A DNA stretch of 56,189 nt from Planctomycetota bacterium (lineage in GTDB: Bacteria > Planctomycetota > Planctomycetia > Pirellulales > Pirellulaceae), in contig CAUJKL010000933.1 of assembly GCA_963204995.1 (NCBI GenBank), positions 1 through 56,189 of the forward strand, given 5' to 3'. The translations under genes and the position numbers were made by a program. Shown here piece by piece: positions 10,336-20,791 of this stretch (the stretch's first letter is position 1; every line of letters starts with the position of its first letter). A model generated the notes under the pieces. It was not told the origin of the DNA, made no database searches, and worked only from the letters and a program-made list of their open reading frames with translations.

Positions 10336-13300
10336 TCAGCGTATCGCGCGCGAACGCCACGTGGGACGTAGCGAACTGGCGAGGAAGACCGCCACGATCA
10401 ACCAGCCGACCGCACTTGGCGCGAGCCACAACCACCACGCCAGCCCGACGACGACGCCGAATAAATGCGGCCAACGGCTGAGGGCGTCTCGCAGTCGCGT
10501 GTACCGTCGCAGCTTCATACCAAACCACGCAGCGACGCAAATCGCGAGGGCCATCACCGCACGTGGGGTGACGTGCGATAAGTCACGATCGTGACGGACG
10601 ATTGTCAGCGTCGTCGCCGCACCGTCGAATGAACAGTAAGTCCACGCATCCTGTTCTCGCGCTCCGCGCTGCCACTGCATGGCGTCGTGTATCGAGATGA
10701 CTGATGCGTGTTGAACTGGCGCGGCGTCGACAGGTATTGCACTTACCGCGTTCAGTCGCTCCTGCCATCGATCGCGCCACCGCTGCAAGTCGTTGGAACG
10801 ATGCTGCGGGACAGGTCCGACACTGTAGTTGAGGACTTCTTCGAAGACGCCAGCACGCAGTTTGCGAGTGCTCGCCACATCAACCACGGCGTGATTCAAC
10901 AGCGGCACCGACCTCACGCGTCCCGACGGATCCCGTACCGACCATAAGGTTGTTCGAGGCTCCAGTTCGCGCAGGCGGGGAGCAGTAAAAGTCAGGCTCT
11001 TCGTGTCCGTCGCCAGCGACGATGCCCGTCCCGCAAACAGTAACGCGATTCGTTGCGGTAGCCGCTCGGCACCGAGTTCGAGCGTCGCGGTGGTGACGTT
11101 GGCAGCCTGGAGGAGAGCGGGCACATCGTCGACGGTGGCGTGCAACAATTCGACTCCGGGCGGTATGATCACGTCACACGTCGTCAAGGCACCGGGTTCG
11201 AGGTCGTAGCTCGCGCTGCCAACGTAGCTCGCATCCGGCTGCCAAGCGACTTCAATATCCGCCAGCAACAGCCGCGAGTCGCCCGCCGATTGGTTTACCT
11301 CACGCACGGTGGCTTGCATGCGCCGCCCACGAACGCGATAGGTCGTCTGCTGCTCATCGCTCTCGGGTTGCTCTAAGCCACGAATGTTCCATTCAATCTC
11401 TTGCTCCGTAGAACGCTTTGGCAACACAAGCAGGCGGTCGATCTGTGATGAATCCAACACTTCGATCAACGGAGCGCTGATGCTCCCATCCGGCGACGTC
11501 TGTAATCGGGCTTGCAGCGTAACGTGAAACTCTTTGTCGATGGCGGCCGCCGGCGTAATGATCAAGTTCGGTTCGGATTGCTCTGGAACTTCTTGCAAAT
11601 CGTAATGCGTGGGTGGATCGAGACGAAATGAGGCCGCCAGTTCTCGTGGCACTCGCAGGCGAATCGAGTCGACAACACCTTGACTTACCTGCACCGAAAG
11701 ATCTGCAGTGACAGACCACTGCGATTCTTCGCTGTGGACGGTGGTGACGAGTTGTCCCGAAAACTTCGCCGGATTCGGTGCGATAGTGAGTACAATGTCG
11801 GGCTTCGCGGAATCTGCTTCGCTAATCAAATCGCCTGTTTCACTCGGCAGGTCAAAGACGCCAACGGCACGCTGCCCAGCGTGCAAGTCCAATTCGGATG
11901 GAGTAAAGTCCGCCACGCGCTGGCCACGGTTCGAGGCGACTTGAACCAAGACTTCCGCGCGACGCCAGACGGTCAAACGGCGTGTACTTGTGGCTGAATC
12001 TTCAAGCCGGATGCTCGTGAACGAAAACTCGCCGCGCGGTGGCAGCGGGATCGAGCCTTGAAGATTGAGGCGGACGGCACCCTGAACTGGCTCCGTCAAA
12101 AAGATCGTCGTCGTACCGTCGGAGCTTTTGGAATATCGGCGAACGAGATCCAAGTCGTCCTGGAACACACTGACACTCTTAACGCTTAGTGCTTTTGGGA
12201 TCGCCAAGACAAGCTGGAACTTGGGGGCATCCTCGATCTGAATCTGCGAGTCGTGTGTGACATCGGCTTGCAGCCGCCCAACTCGAAGTTGCGTGGCATC
12301 GACGTTGCTGAGTCGAGCCGTCTGCGGAACGGCAACAAGCGACCACTCCGACTCGTTCGTGGGCAACTGAATCGCCTCATTCGGCAATTGCAACGTCCCC
12401 CATGTCTCCGCAAAAGTCTGGGGTGGGACGGTTGGCCAGTCACTTTCGTGCGTTAAGGAAGCCGTGATGCCGGGGGACATCGAGAGTGCCAGAATCGGAT
12501 GGGCCACGACTCCCGATGCGATGCGAATCAGCGGACCCTTCACCACTTCGTTCTCGGCAATATCCGTCATCACAAACGACGACTCGACCGTCACACTCTC
12601 GTTTGCCTCGTATGCCTCTTTGAATTGGTAGCGAATTCTACGAAGCGAGTTGTCAGGAGTGAGTGCTTCAACCACTTGAGCTTGCGTGTCGGATACCAAC
12701 AGCCGCAACCTCGGGTCGACTAGCAGTTCGATTTCGGTCAGCGCACCGTTCAGGATCGAGAAGGTAAACCGCGAATCGATCGTCACGACACCAGACTCGG
12801 CACGAATCCAAGTGAGTTGCGAAGTTGTAAACTCCGCAGGTTTTGAATCCCGCGCACCGCCCACGGGCCATTGCACCGCTAATCGATCCGTTGGACCAAG
12901 CTTCGCATCGAGTGATTCATCCGTACGAATGATCGCTCCGAGAGCTGATGTGGGCTCGATCAACGTGGCATCGCGACCGGTGGCGGACAATTGCGAATTA
13001 GGGATTCTAGGGATTCTCAAGTCGAAGCCACTCTTGTCTGCGTCTGGCGCGAGCACCGGGCGAACGGTGAGTCGCAATTCGTGCCGATCAACTATCTCGA
13101 CATTCAAGTCCAACGAATCGCCATTGGCGGACCACTGCGGATAAACGCGTTGCTCGTCGAACGTCGCCTCCAGAAGTTGCAGTTCGTCGCGATGAAACGG
13201 CAGACGAATCGTCGCAGCCCCTGGACTGGGACTGACTAGCTTGAACCCCACTCGCAACTCAGGCAGCATCATCGCCATTGGCATGCTGGGAATGGTGAGC

Positions 13301-16300
13301 GAGTAGGTTGCATCGGTCAGGATGACGCCGAATCGTTGCGTCCCCAGTGTCATTTTGAGCGCTTCAATTGCGTCGAAAAACGTTCGGGAAACGAATACGT
13401 GTGAACCAAACGGTTCGCCGTCTGCACCGACCGGATCGTAAACGCGAAACACATTTGCTGCTGGCGCACTAACACCCATGGGGGCGAGTTCTTGTGCCGA
13501 GGCCCTCTGGTTCGATGCGATGGCGAAGATCACGCCAGCCAGCAAAAGCCCTGCCGACACGGATTCGACTCCGCGCACAATGCGAAACGACCTGGAATCG
13601 TCGCGGTGCTTCGGCGCGGCGGTTGCGGAGACACGACGGCGTAATCCAACCAGTGCGACAGCAGCCAAGAGCCCGAGCAGGATCGATCGAGAAATAAACA
13701 CGAGACTGATGGGAACCAGCAGCGCGACAACGATTGCCGCGACAACCAAGGCGAGCAAGAGTAGACCGCTACGGCGTCCCAACCAGACACCCACGGCAAC
13801 GGCAACAAACAGCGATGCCCAACCGAATGTGCCCAACATCTCAGTACGGTAAAGCACAATCGTCGCATGCGAGTCTGTCGAAGGTATTTGCATGGTCGTC
13901 CAACCGACCAGCGGGGTAAACAATCGGTTCACATCACGATCGCTCCAGGGCCCCGGCGACGTCGCCAAATCGCCAATCCAATCGGTGGCGAGTGCAAAAC
14001 GCGATCTAGGGCCCAACTCGCTGGAAGTGGTCGTGAAGGTGCGATCAGCGACCTCGGTACACGCGCCATAGCTGCCAGCGGCCTGAGTGGCGAATGTCGT
14101 CAAGATCAGCGAGTTGTTATTCACCACGAAGACGAGGTCGCTCAATCGCAACGCACTCATTGCGGATGTTGCGCGAGATGGCATCAAGGAAAGTGGCGTT
14201 ATACCCGCGTCCGACATCGCAGCTCGATCGATGTACAGCGAGAACTCATCCGCGGTGGTGGCATGTGCGGCGTGAGCTTGTGCAATCGCGGCACTCCAAG
14301 TGAGGCTCGGCGAGCCACTGTCGGTGTCGTCCTGCAACTGTGAATCGATGGCCTCGAGGACGCTTTGTACTCGCGCCAGCGTTCGCTGGCGTTGAGATGG
14401 TTGGGCGAGTTTGTCGGGCCAGCTCCATAAGGACGTAATACTCCACGGCCGTTCCGTTCTGCGGACGATGGAGAATCCAAACAGTCGCTGCTCCCAGTCA
14501 GTTCGACTGGTCGGCTGCAGCGGATTGTGAGCAAGATCCCATGGTTCGTCACTGGTTGCCGAACTATAGCCCGGTGGAATCCAGACACGCCACGAACGGT
14601 TCAAGCAGCGAAGGCGAGGTTCCGGCAGCGACATCTCGCAGCGAAAATGATTGCCGAGCGGAGGACCACTCTGACGATATCGCATTTGTACCGTGGGAAA
14701 CCGCCGTGTTGTCGAGAGAGGAATGTGAAGTGCCGTCGTGCTTCGCGAAGTGACAATTCTCTCTCCATCGACATCGACACGTTCCAGTGTAATGTCATCC
14801 GGAAGGTCGACCGTCAGATGCGATATCCCCACGTTTTCGAGCCGAAGCAACATCACGTGTGTCACATCGCCATCGGAATCTACGCGCGACGTAACTTCGG
14901 AGTCCCAGATCCACGCGTCTGGCGGGTCGATCTGTTTACCGTGACGGGCTAACTTCAACGACACGTCCTGGGCCGGCGCGTACCGGTACGTTGCCCTCAG
15001 CGTCGGCAATCTCGCAACATCGGTCTCCGGTGCAGGAATTACCCTCAACCCTTCGTGGTGCAAACTGAATCCGGTTCCGTCGGGTGTGCCAACGTTGACG
15101 GTCCCAACTTGCGTCTCGGCGTCCGGGAGCGACGCCAGGACGATTGTCTCCAGTTGCTCCGGCGGACCAACCGTTGCGACAGCCGACTGCCGAGTAAGCT
15201 TCGCGCGAACCTCGAAGGGAGCGCTTCGCGGAAGCCGTAGGCGTACTTCCCATTCGTTGCCTTCTGCGTCCAGCTTTGTTGCGGTCACCCCCCCTGCCCC
15301 AACACCCACGGCAGACCATTGAATGTTGTCGCTGGGTGGCGGCGAGAACCGAACTCGGAGAGTTCCGATCTGCGTCGAGATTGGTTCGCAACGAAACAAG
15401 AAAGATTGTTTGATCGTCGTCGACTCGACGAGTGCCTCGGCTGTAATTTCGCCGTTGAATCGAGGCGACTGACTTCGTAAGGCGACGCGAACGCGATCGG
15501 CATTCGGCCCATCACGAAACATCAAGGGCGCTCCCTCGGCGGCGAGCAACTCCTTTTCGACCGTTGAGAGTTCCGATTCTGTGACACGAGTCAAGCTCGC
15601 GTCACCCGAGACGTCCAACTGCAGCGGCAGCTCGGCTCGAACGGCCGTCAAACGTGACTTGTCTAATTCGCCACCGAGCGTAATCGGCCGCATTTCGAGT
15701 CCCGTCAGCGTACCCACACTTCGACGGTGGGCCTTGACGATCAACTTGCTGGGCTTCGTCGGCGTAATTGGAGATCGCAGAACAATCTCTCGGCTCAAGC
15801 CCCCAGTTCCGCGTATGACTTCCTCGATTTGCGGTGGATCTGTCTCAATTGAATCCACGATCCAGCCAGCATCGCGCTGCAACGAGATCGAAAATGCCGC
15901 ACCGCTGACCGCAGAGATTCTCGCGATAAACTGGGCGGAGACGATCGACTCTTTGACGGTGATCGTCGTCCCTACCTGAGCGCGGAGGTCTGTTGCTTGA
16001 CGTACGAGAAGCACATCGCAGGTGGCATCGGGACTGAGCAGGGCAAACCGACGCGACTCACCAGTCGTCGGCGAAGGGATTGGTTCGACACCGCGTAGAA
16101 CACTCCCCTGCCAGTTTATTTGGCCGACTCGCAGTGGTTCGACGACGTCAAGCGAAGCACTGCCCTGCCGCCATACAGCGTCGGCGAGTTGCACGCGCGG
16201 AAGTCGCCACAGCTTATTGACGACGACCGGGGCATAGGCGGTAACATTTAGTTCGTGTGAACCGCCAACGAGTGCCGTGGGGAGAGCCAGAATGTACGGT

Positions 16301-17292
16301 GGCGGTTGATCGGATTCGGCGGGACTCGGTACGAAGCCCACGGACTTTCCATTCAATTCAACATTGGCAAGCTGTAATTGAGGGTCGACCTGAAGTGTCA
16401 GCGTTCGCAGCGATCGTCGTTGAACATCGAGATGCAAAGCGGCTTTAAGCTCCAGCCCAGTGACTCCGATACGGTAGTCGTACGTCGGCCGAGCCATGAC
16501 GAGTTGATCGCGATTCGCGTCCTCGGGCGTCGGCAAAATGCGGAGTTCTGTGTCGTTAGTCGCGCCAAGCTCAATCCGCCAACGAGTTGTCTCGGCACTG
16601 TCTCCACTCGTCGAATTAGGATCTTCAACCTGACTTACGATCGCGTCGGCACACTCGAGCGCGAAACCTGGCGGCAAGTCGAGCAAGAGCTCGCTGGCTG
16701 TTGCCTGGGGGAGCAACAAGCGAAATCGACATTCCCGTTCTGCTCCGCTGACTCCGTGCAGCGACCACAGAAACGTCAGCGTATCGGATCGTGAAACGAA
16801 CGCACCGAGCTCACCGGTCGGCAACAGCCCCGCTTCCGCCTCAATGCTAGGATCGCTTTTCCACCGAAACGAATCCGCCGCGAGCCCTAACGGTGACAGT
16901 GGCACATAGGCCGGCTCGGAGTGCGGGTGCTTGATGTCGAGTTCCGCCGAACCGTTGACCAATTGCTGGTTGTCGAATGAGGCAGTGTAGCGAGCACGTA
17001 CGATGTTCGGCTTCGCCAAACCGTACAACGCACGATACTTGGCATTCAGGTCGGCGATCGTTTTTTGAAAAGCCTCGCGTTCGAGAGGCAGCAATTCACC
17101 TCCAATATCATCAATTCTGCCTTCAGGAATTGCGATCCGTTGATACTGTAGAACGGTGGGTGCATTCACCTGTCCATCCACGCGGCGACCACTCAAGACG
17201 CACAAAATCAGCAGGGCCAGCACCTCGACGATTTGCACACTACGTTGCCGGTTGAAAACGCGGGGCTGTCCATGGAAGCCGCTGGACATCAT
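10336..17292 (-). CDS. giant envelope protein (2318 aa), unknown function; two tandem modules separated by an internal TM cluster
   Basis: Uninterrupted 6.96-kb ORF. It has an N-terminal signal anchor, a TM cluster at about aa 1150-1260 (nt ~13480-13850) and C-terminal TM helices. Its ATG overlaps the upstream stop (ATGA at 17289-17292). Confidence 0.8.
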   Translation of the reverse strand: MMSSGFHGQPRVFNRQRSVQIVEVLALLILCVLSGRRVDGQVNAPTVLQYQRIAIPEGRIDDIGGELLPLEREAFQKTIADLNAKYRALYGLAKPNIVRARYTASFDNQQLVNGSAELDIKHPHSEPAYVPLSPLGLAADSFRWKSDPSIEAEAGLLPTGELGAFVSRSDTLTFLWSLHGVSGAERECRFRLLLPQATASELLLDLPPGFALECADAIVSQVEDPNSTSGDSAETTRWRIELGATNDTELRILPTPEDANRDQLVMARPTYDYRIGVTGLELKAALHLDVQRRSLRTLTLQVDPQLQLANVELNGKSVGFVPSPAESDQPPPYILALPTALVGGSHELNVTAYAPVVVNKLWRLPRVQLADAVWRQGSASLDVVEPLRVGQINWQGSVLRGVEPIPSPTTGESRRFALLSPDATCDVLLVRQATDLRAQVGTTITVKESIVSAQFIARISAVSGAAFSISLQRDAGWIVDSIETDPPQIEEVIRGTGGLSREIVLRSPITPTKPSKLIVKAHRRSVGTLTGLEMRPITLGGELDKSRLTAVRAELPLQLDVSGDASLTRVTESELSTVEKELLAAEGAPLMFRDGPNADRVRVALRSQSPRFNGEITAEALVESTTIKQSFLFRCEPISTQIGTLRVRFSPPPSDNIQWSAVGVGAGGVTATKLDAEGNEWEVRLRLPRSAPFEVRAKLTRQSAVATVGPPEQLETIVLASLPDAETQVGTVNVGTPDGTGFSLHHEGLRVIPAPETDVARLPTLRATYRYAPAQDVSLKLARHGKQIDPPDAWIWDSEVTSRVDSDGDVTHVMLLRLENVGISHLTVDLPDDITLERVDVDGERIVTSRSTTALHIPLSTTRRFPTVQMRYRQSGPPLGNHFRCEMSLPEPRLRCLNRSWRVWIPPGYSSATSDEPWDLAHNPLQPTSRTDWEQRLFGFSIVRRTERPWSITSLWSWPDKLAQPSQRQRTLARVQSVLEAIDSQLQDDTDSGSPSLTWSAAIAQAHAAHATTADEFSLYIDRAAMSDAGITPLSLMPSRATSAMSALRLSDLVFVVNNNSLILTTFATQAAGSYGACTEVADRTFTTTSSELGPRSRFALATDWIGDLATSPGPWSDRDVNRLFTPLVGWTTMQIPSTDSHATIVLYRTEMLGTFGWASLFVAVAVGVWLGRRSGLLLLALVVAAIVVALLVPISLVFISRSILLGLLAAVALVGLRRRVSATAAPKHRDDSRSFRIVRGVESVSAGLLLAGVIFAIASNQRASAQELAPMGVSAPAANVFRVYDPVGADGEPFGSHVFVSRTFFDAIEALKMTLGTQRFGVILTDATYSLTIPSMPMAMMLPELRVGFKLVSPSPGAATIRLPFHRDELQLLEATFDEQRVYPQWSANGDSLDLNVEIVDRHELRLTVRPVLAPDADKSGFDLRIPRIPNSQLSATGRDATLIEPTSALGAIIRTDESLDAKLGPTDRLAVQWPVGGARDSKPAEFTTSQLTWIRAESGVVTIDSRFTFSILNGALTEIELLVDPRLRLLVSDTQAQVVEALTPDNSLRRIRYQFKEAYEANESVTVESSFVMTDIAENEVVKGPLIRIASGVVAHPILALSMSPGITASLTHESDWPTVPPQTFAETWGTLQLPNEAIQLPTNESEWSLVAVPQTARLSNVDATQLRVGRLQADVTHDSQIQIEDAPKFQLVLAIPKALSVKSVSVFQDDLDLVRRYSKSSDGTTTIFLTEPVQGAVRLNLQGSIPLPPRGEFSFTSIRLEDSATSTRRLTVWRRAEVLVQVASNRGQRVADFTPSELDLHAGQRAVGVFDLPSETGDLISEADSAKPDIVLTIAPNPAKFSGQLVTTVHSEESQWSVTADLSVQVSQGVVDSIRLRVPRELAASFRLDPPTHYDLQEVPEQSEPNLIITPAAAIDKEFHVTLQARLQTSPDGSISAPLIEVLDSSQIDRLLVLPKRSTEQEIEWNIRGLEQPESDEQQTTYRVRGRRMQATVREVNQSAGDSRLLLADIEVAWQPDASYVGSASYDLEPGALTTCDVIIPPGVELLHATVDDVPALLQAANVTTATLELGAERLPQRIALLFAGRASSLATDTKSLTFTAPRLRELEPRTTLWSVRDPSGRVRSVPLLNHAVVDVASTRKLRAGVFEEVLNYSVGPVPQHRSNDLQRWRDRWQERLNAVSAIPVDAAPVQHASVISIHDAMQWQRGAREQDAWTYCSFDGAATTLTIVRHDRDLSHVTPRAVMALAICVAAWFGMKLRRYTRLRDALSRWPHLFGVVVGLAWWLWLAPSAVGWLIVAVFLASSLRPTWRSRAIR

Positions 17293-20200
17293 GACTTACC
17301 TTCGACTTGAGCCACTTGCAAATGGGCGGGTGCCGTTGCCGTAGTCGCATGCGAGCTTCCTTCTGGAACGCTAACTGAAAGGACGTCGCTGGCTTGTGAT
17401 TCAGGACGAATATAGGCGCTACCTCGGCGATTCATTGGTGCCAGCGGTGTCAGCGGAGTTCTTCCGACGAGTCGCTGCATGGCACATGCGACGATTGCCA
17501 TACCGAGTCCGATCGCTCCCGCTTGCCCGAACAAGACGGCCTGTTCGGGGTAGGTCACCGCGACTCCGAACAGCATGACTCCAACCATGAAAAATACGCC
17601 GGGCTGTCGAAGCGTCGGCAAATAGATGAAGGGAAGTACGACTACCAACGCTACTCCCGACGAAATCAGCAACAACATCAGGCGACTGACTTTTACAAAC
17701 ACGACCGAATCGACAGAACCCGTCGAACTGAACAAGTAACGATTGGTGTCCGGCGAAACCGCGTCCTGCGTTGACGCTCCAACGAGTTCCTCGAGCGATT
17801 GCTGCTCTAGACGCCCACGTCGCCCCCAGTACCACTGGTCCCGTTGCCAAACGAGTTCCGAGGTCAACGTCGCTGGCGTCCACGCGAGATGCTCATTCCT
17901 CGGCAGCACGATCTGCCAATACACTTGCGTGGCACGTTCCGCCGCAGAAATGGACGGCAGGGAAACACCGAACCGCGAACCGCGAGCGAGCGAGCTGAAA
18001 TATCCCATTTCAAACGCCACCTCGCGTCCGACTTGCTCATCCGCAAGCGTGACGGTCAGCGAACGGTCGCCGTGATCAACGATCGCAACCGGAGGCTCTC
18101 CATCAACCAGCACTTGCGGTTTCTCGGTCCGCGCGTCTGGAGGCAGTTGAACGTAAACAGTTGATTGATCGCTACGCAACTGAAAACAAACCCGATCGTG
18201 GCGGTCGGTCGGCGTCAACCAGGACTGAATCCAAACTCGTTGGATCGATGTGTTGCCGTTATTGCGACTCTCGACGATCGAAGTTTGAACGATGGCCGCA
18301 GAAGCGACTCCAGCCGACCGAACTTGCAACTCGTGCGTGCCGTTCGGCGGCAGTGCGGCGTCAGCAGGTAAGGTCCAGGTCTCGTCCGCCAGGGTGAAGA
18401 CGGTTTCCGAGTCGGATCGAAGTGTCAACAAATTCGTAACATTCTCTGTCGCCTCCGTACCTGCCGGTTGCACTAACGGAATCTGCAATCCGGCGTTGTT
18501 CAGTAGGTCCGCGACCGGAACCTCGAACGCCACATCGAACTGAAGTTCACCGGTGACAGGCGTTGGCAAACTAATCATCGCGTCAGACGTTAGAGACGCC
18601 ACACCGCTCCCCGAGTCGGCAGTCGCCGTTTCTAAAGCGGTCTCAGGTGGCGCGATCAGGCGAAAGGGAAGCTCTTGTTCGCCGCTGGTAATTCGCAGTG
18701 TTCCCGCGGCCACGACGCTTGTCGGAATGGCAATCGGTAATTCGGCGAGCGGCGCATAAGTCACGGTGGCGAGGAACGTCTGGCGAACCACCAACATGTC
18801 GCCCGCCTTCGTTGCGTCAGACGTTACGACCACCGTCGTTTCTCGCGGGCGAATACGCCGAGTAGCGACGAAATGAGCTGCCTCGGTGACTTTCGTCGAC
18901 AGTTCCTCGCGGAAAAACAGGGGCGGAGCGATCCGCTTGGGAAACGCCGATGTGCCCGTTCGTGTCTCCTGAATTAACCACTTCATTGCAGCGGGTTCGG
19001 GCGTCAAATCAACATTGTCGCTGGCCAACACGACGAGCGTCGCGTTTGGAAGTAACTCCGAGTCGGTGGGGCGCGGCAGATCGAAGCTCACTTCGGCTAC
19101 GTCTTGTTCGATTTCCCGATGGGCGCGAACATTGAGATCAAGCGCTGTCGCACCGGCACTGATTGGAAGCAATAAGCTCCCTTTGCCATCATCACTAAAG
19201 GGTTTGGCGAGCGAATCTTGCGAGGTGACGGCGTCAATCGTCCAACCGGACATATTGAAACTGAGCGCGTCGGACTTTGCATTATTCGTCGAGTAGGTAA
19301 TTCTGGCGTCCAGCTGCAGCCGGTCTTCGGAAACATCGACGACGTAGGTCGTATCAAACGCGACGGGCGTTTGCTTGGGGCGTAAATCGAGTTTTAGTGC
19401 GTACGGTTGTCGGTCGTACAGAAATCTCGCCGCCACCGGTTGCTGTCGTGCAGGATCTTCCGGCACTGCGACACGTTGGACGAATTGACCGGGATACCAA
19501 CTCGGCAACCAACTGCCATCCAGCATCACATCGACCGACCCCCACTCGCGAACCGCGTTTTGGACGCTAAATCCCGCCAGCTGAACGGTGCGAAGTTGCG
19601 TCTCAACTTTGATCGGCAGATACGAAGCCTCCAGGTGTACTTCGATAAGACCGCGGGTTGGGCCAGCGAGTCGTTTGATCGAAACCTGTTGCGGAGCACT
19701 CTCGTTGTCAGATGGCAGTTTTTCGATCTGAAAGTCAGGGTCACTTTGCGACGTCAATTCCATCCCGACGGGTAATCGGACGGTAAAGGAATCAATCGCT
19801 TCAGCCCGGCTGCGCACCTTCAGCTGAGCTTCGCTCCAGATATGGTTTCCGTGTACATGGACCGTCGTGGCACTAGTCGCTTCCAAAGCGTGCGGCACGA
19901 CCTGATTATGTTGCTGCCACGCCAAGTCCAATTCGCCGCCGCCATTTTCAACGGTAATGACCGATGTCAGACCTTCCGTTTTCACCGAAACGTTGCTCCG
20001 CCCACTCGGGCTAGACGCCTCGATCATCCCGCCATCTACAGTTAACTTCATCGTTGTGGCCATGTTCGGCAACATGAGACTGAACGATTCTTGCGTTCCA
20101 ATCCGTCGAACGGGCACTTTGATGGGTACACGAATCGTGTGAGTGCTGTCGGGTTTCGCACGCAACCAGCACACATAGGACTCCGCGTCGCGTGTCACAT

Positions 20201-20729
20201 AGATCTCGCCTTCTTCGTCATGCTCGATGGCCCCGACGTCGAGAAAGGAGCCGTCGAGCCGCAATGGGATGGCGGTCCACGTTTCTCCCTCGACGCTTGC
20301 ACGGGGCGTCAGACGAATTCGAAACGTGACTTTCAAGCCCGCAACTTGCAGCTCCGTATCAACTCGTCCGTCGAGTTCAATCCTGCCGGTGAAAATCACC
20401 TGCGGCAGGGCTGCTTGCTGTTCTTTAAGGCGATTCTGGAGTGCTAGTAACTCGAGGAACTTTTCCAGCGTAAATCCGGGAACGGCTACCAAGTTCCCAT
20501 TCTCATCTTCGAGTCGAAACTTCAGGTCTGATCCACGAATCAGATCGCCCGATTCAGCACGAGGCGACGCTGGCGTTTCACGGGGGACCGGCTGGGCGCA
20601 AACAGAGGCAGCCGCCAACAAGACGCTGGCGAAGAGCATTGACAAAAGTAGGACGAGACGAGGTTGCACAGTTAGGCACTTCATCCGGGCGCGAAGAAAA
20701 CATCCCAAGTCCAGCAGAGAAGAATGCAT
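17289..20729 (-). CDS. giant envelope protein (1146 aa), unknown function
   Basis: Uninterrupted 3.4-kb ORF. Signal peptide MKCLTVQPRLVLLLSMLFASVLLAAASVCAQ (alternative start ATG 20684) and C-terminal TM helices. No motif recognised. Confidence 0.8.
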   Translation of the reverse strand: MHSSLLDLGCFLRARMKCLTVQPRLVLLLSMLFASVLLAAASVCAQPVPRETPASPRAESGDLIRGSDLKFRLEDENGNLVAVPGFTLEKFLELLALQNRLKEQQAALPQVIFTGRIELDGRVDTELQVAGLKVTFRIRLTPRASVEGETWTAIPLRLDGSFLDVGAIEHDEEGEIYVTRDAESYVCWLRAKPDSTHTIRVPIKVPVRRIGTQESFSLMLPNMATTMKLTVDGGMIEASSPSGRSNVSVKTEGLTSVITVENGGGELDLAWQQHNQVVPHALEATSATTVHVHGNHIWSEAQLKVRSRAEAIDSFTVRLPVGMELTSQSDPDFQIEKLPSDNESAPQQVSIKRLAGPTRGLIEVHLEASYLPIKVETQLRTVQLAGFSVQNAVREWGSVDVMLDGSWLPSWYPGQFVQRVAVPEDPARQQPVAARFLYDRQPYALKLDLRPKQTPVAFDTTYVVDVSEDRLQLDARITYSTNNAKSDALSFNMSGWTIDAVTSQDSLAKPFSDDGKGSLLLPISAGATALDLNVRAHREIEQDVAEVSFDLPRPTDSELLPNATLVVLASDNVDLTPEPAAMKWLIQETRTGTSAFPKRIAPPLFFREELSTKVTEAAHFVATRRIRPRETTVVVTSDATKAGDMLVVRQTFLATVTYAPLAELPIAIPTSVVAAGTLRITSGEQELPFRLIAPPETALETATADSGSGVASLTSDAMISLPTPVTGELQFDVAFEVPVADLLNNAGLQIPLVQPAGTEATENVTNLLTLRSDSETVFTLADETWTLPADAALPPNGTHELQVRSAGVASAAIVQTSIVESRNNGNTSIQRVWIQSWLTPTDRHDRVCFQLRSDQSTVYVQLPPDARTEKPQVLVDGEPPVAIVDHGDRSLTVTLADEQVGREVAFEMGYFSSLARGSRFGVSLPSISAAERATQVYWQIVLPRNEHLAWTPATLTSELVWQRDQWYWGRRGRLEQQSLEELVGASTQDAVSPDTNRYLFSSTGSVDSVVFVKVSRLMLLLISSGVALVVVLPFIYLPTLRQPGVFFMVGVMLFGVAVTYPEQAVLFGQAGAIGLGMAIVACAMQRLVGRTPLTPLAPMNRRGSAYIRPESQASDVLSVSVPEGSSHATTATAPAHLQVAQVEGKS

Positions 20730-20791
20730 TTACCAGTGTACTCGCGATGCCGAGCAGATTAAAGCATTGAACGCATAGTTTGCTCACAAAT

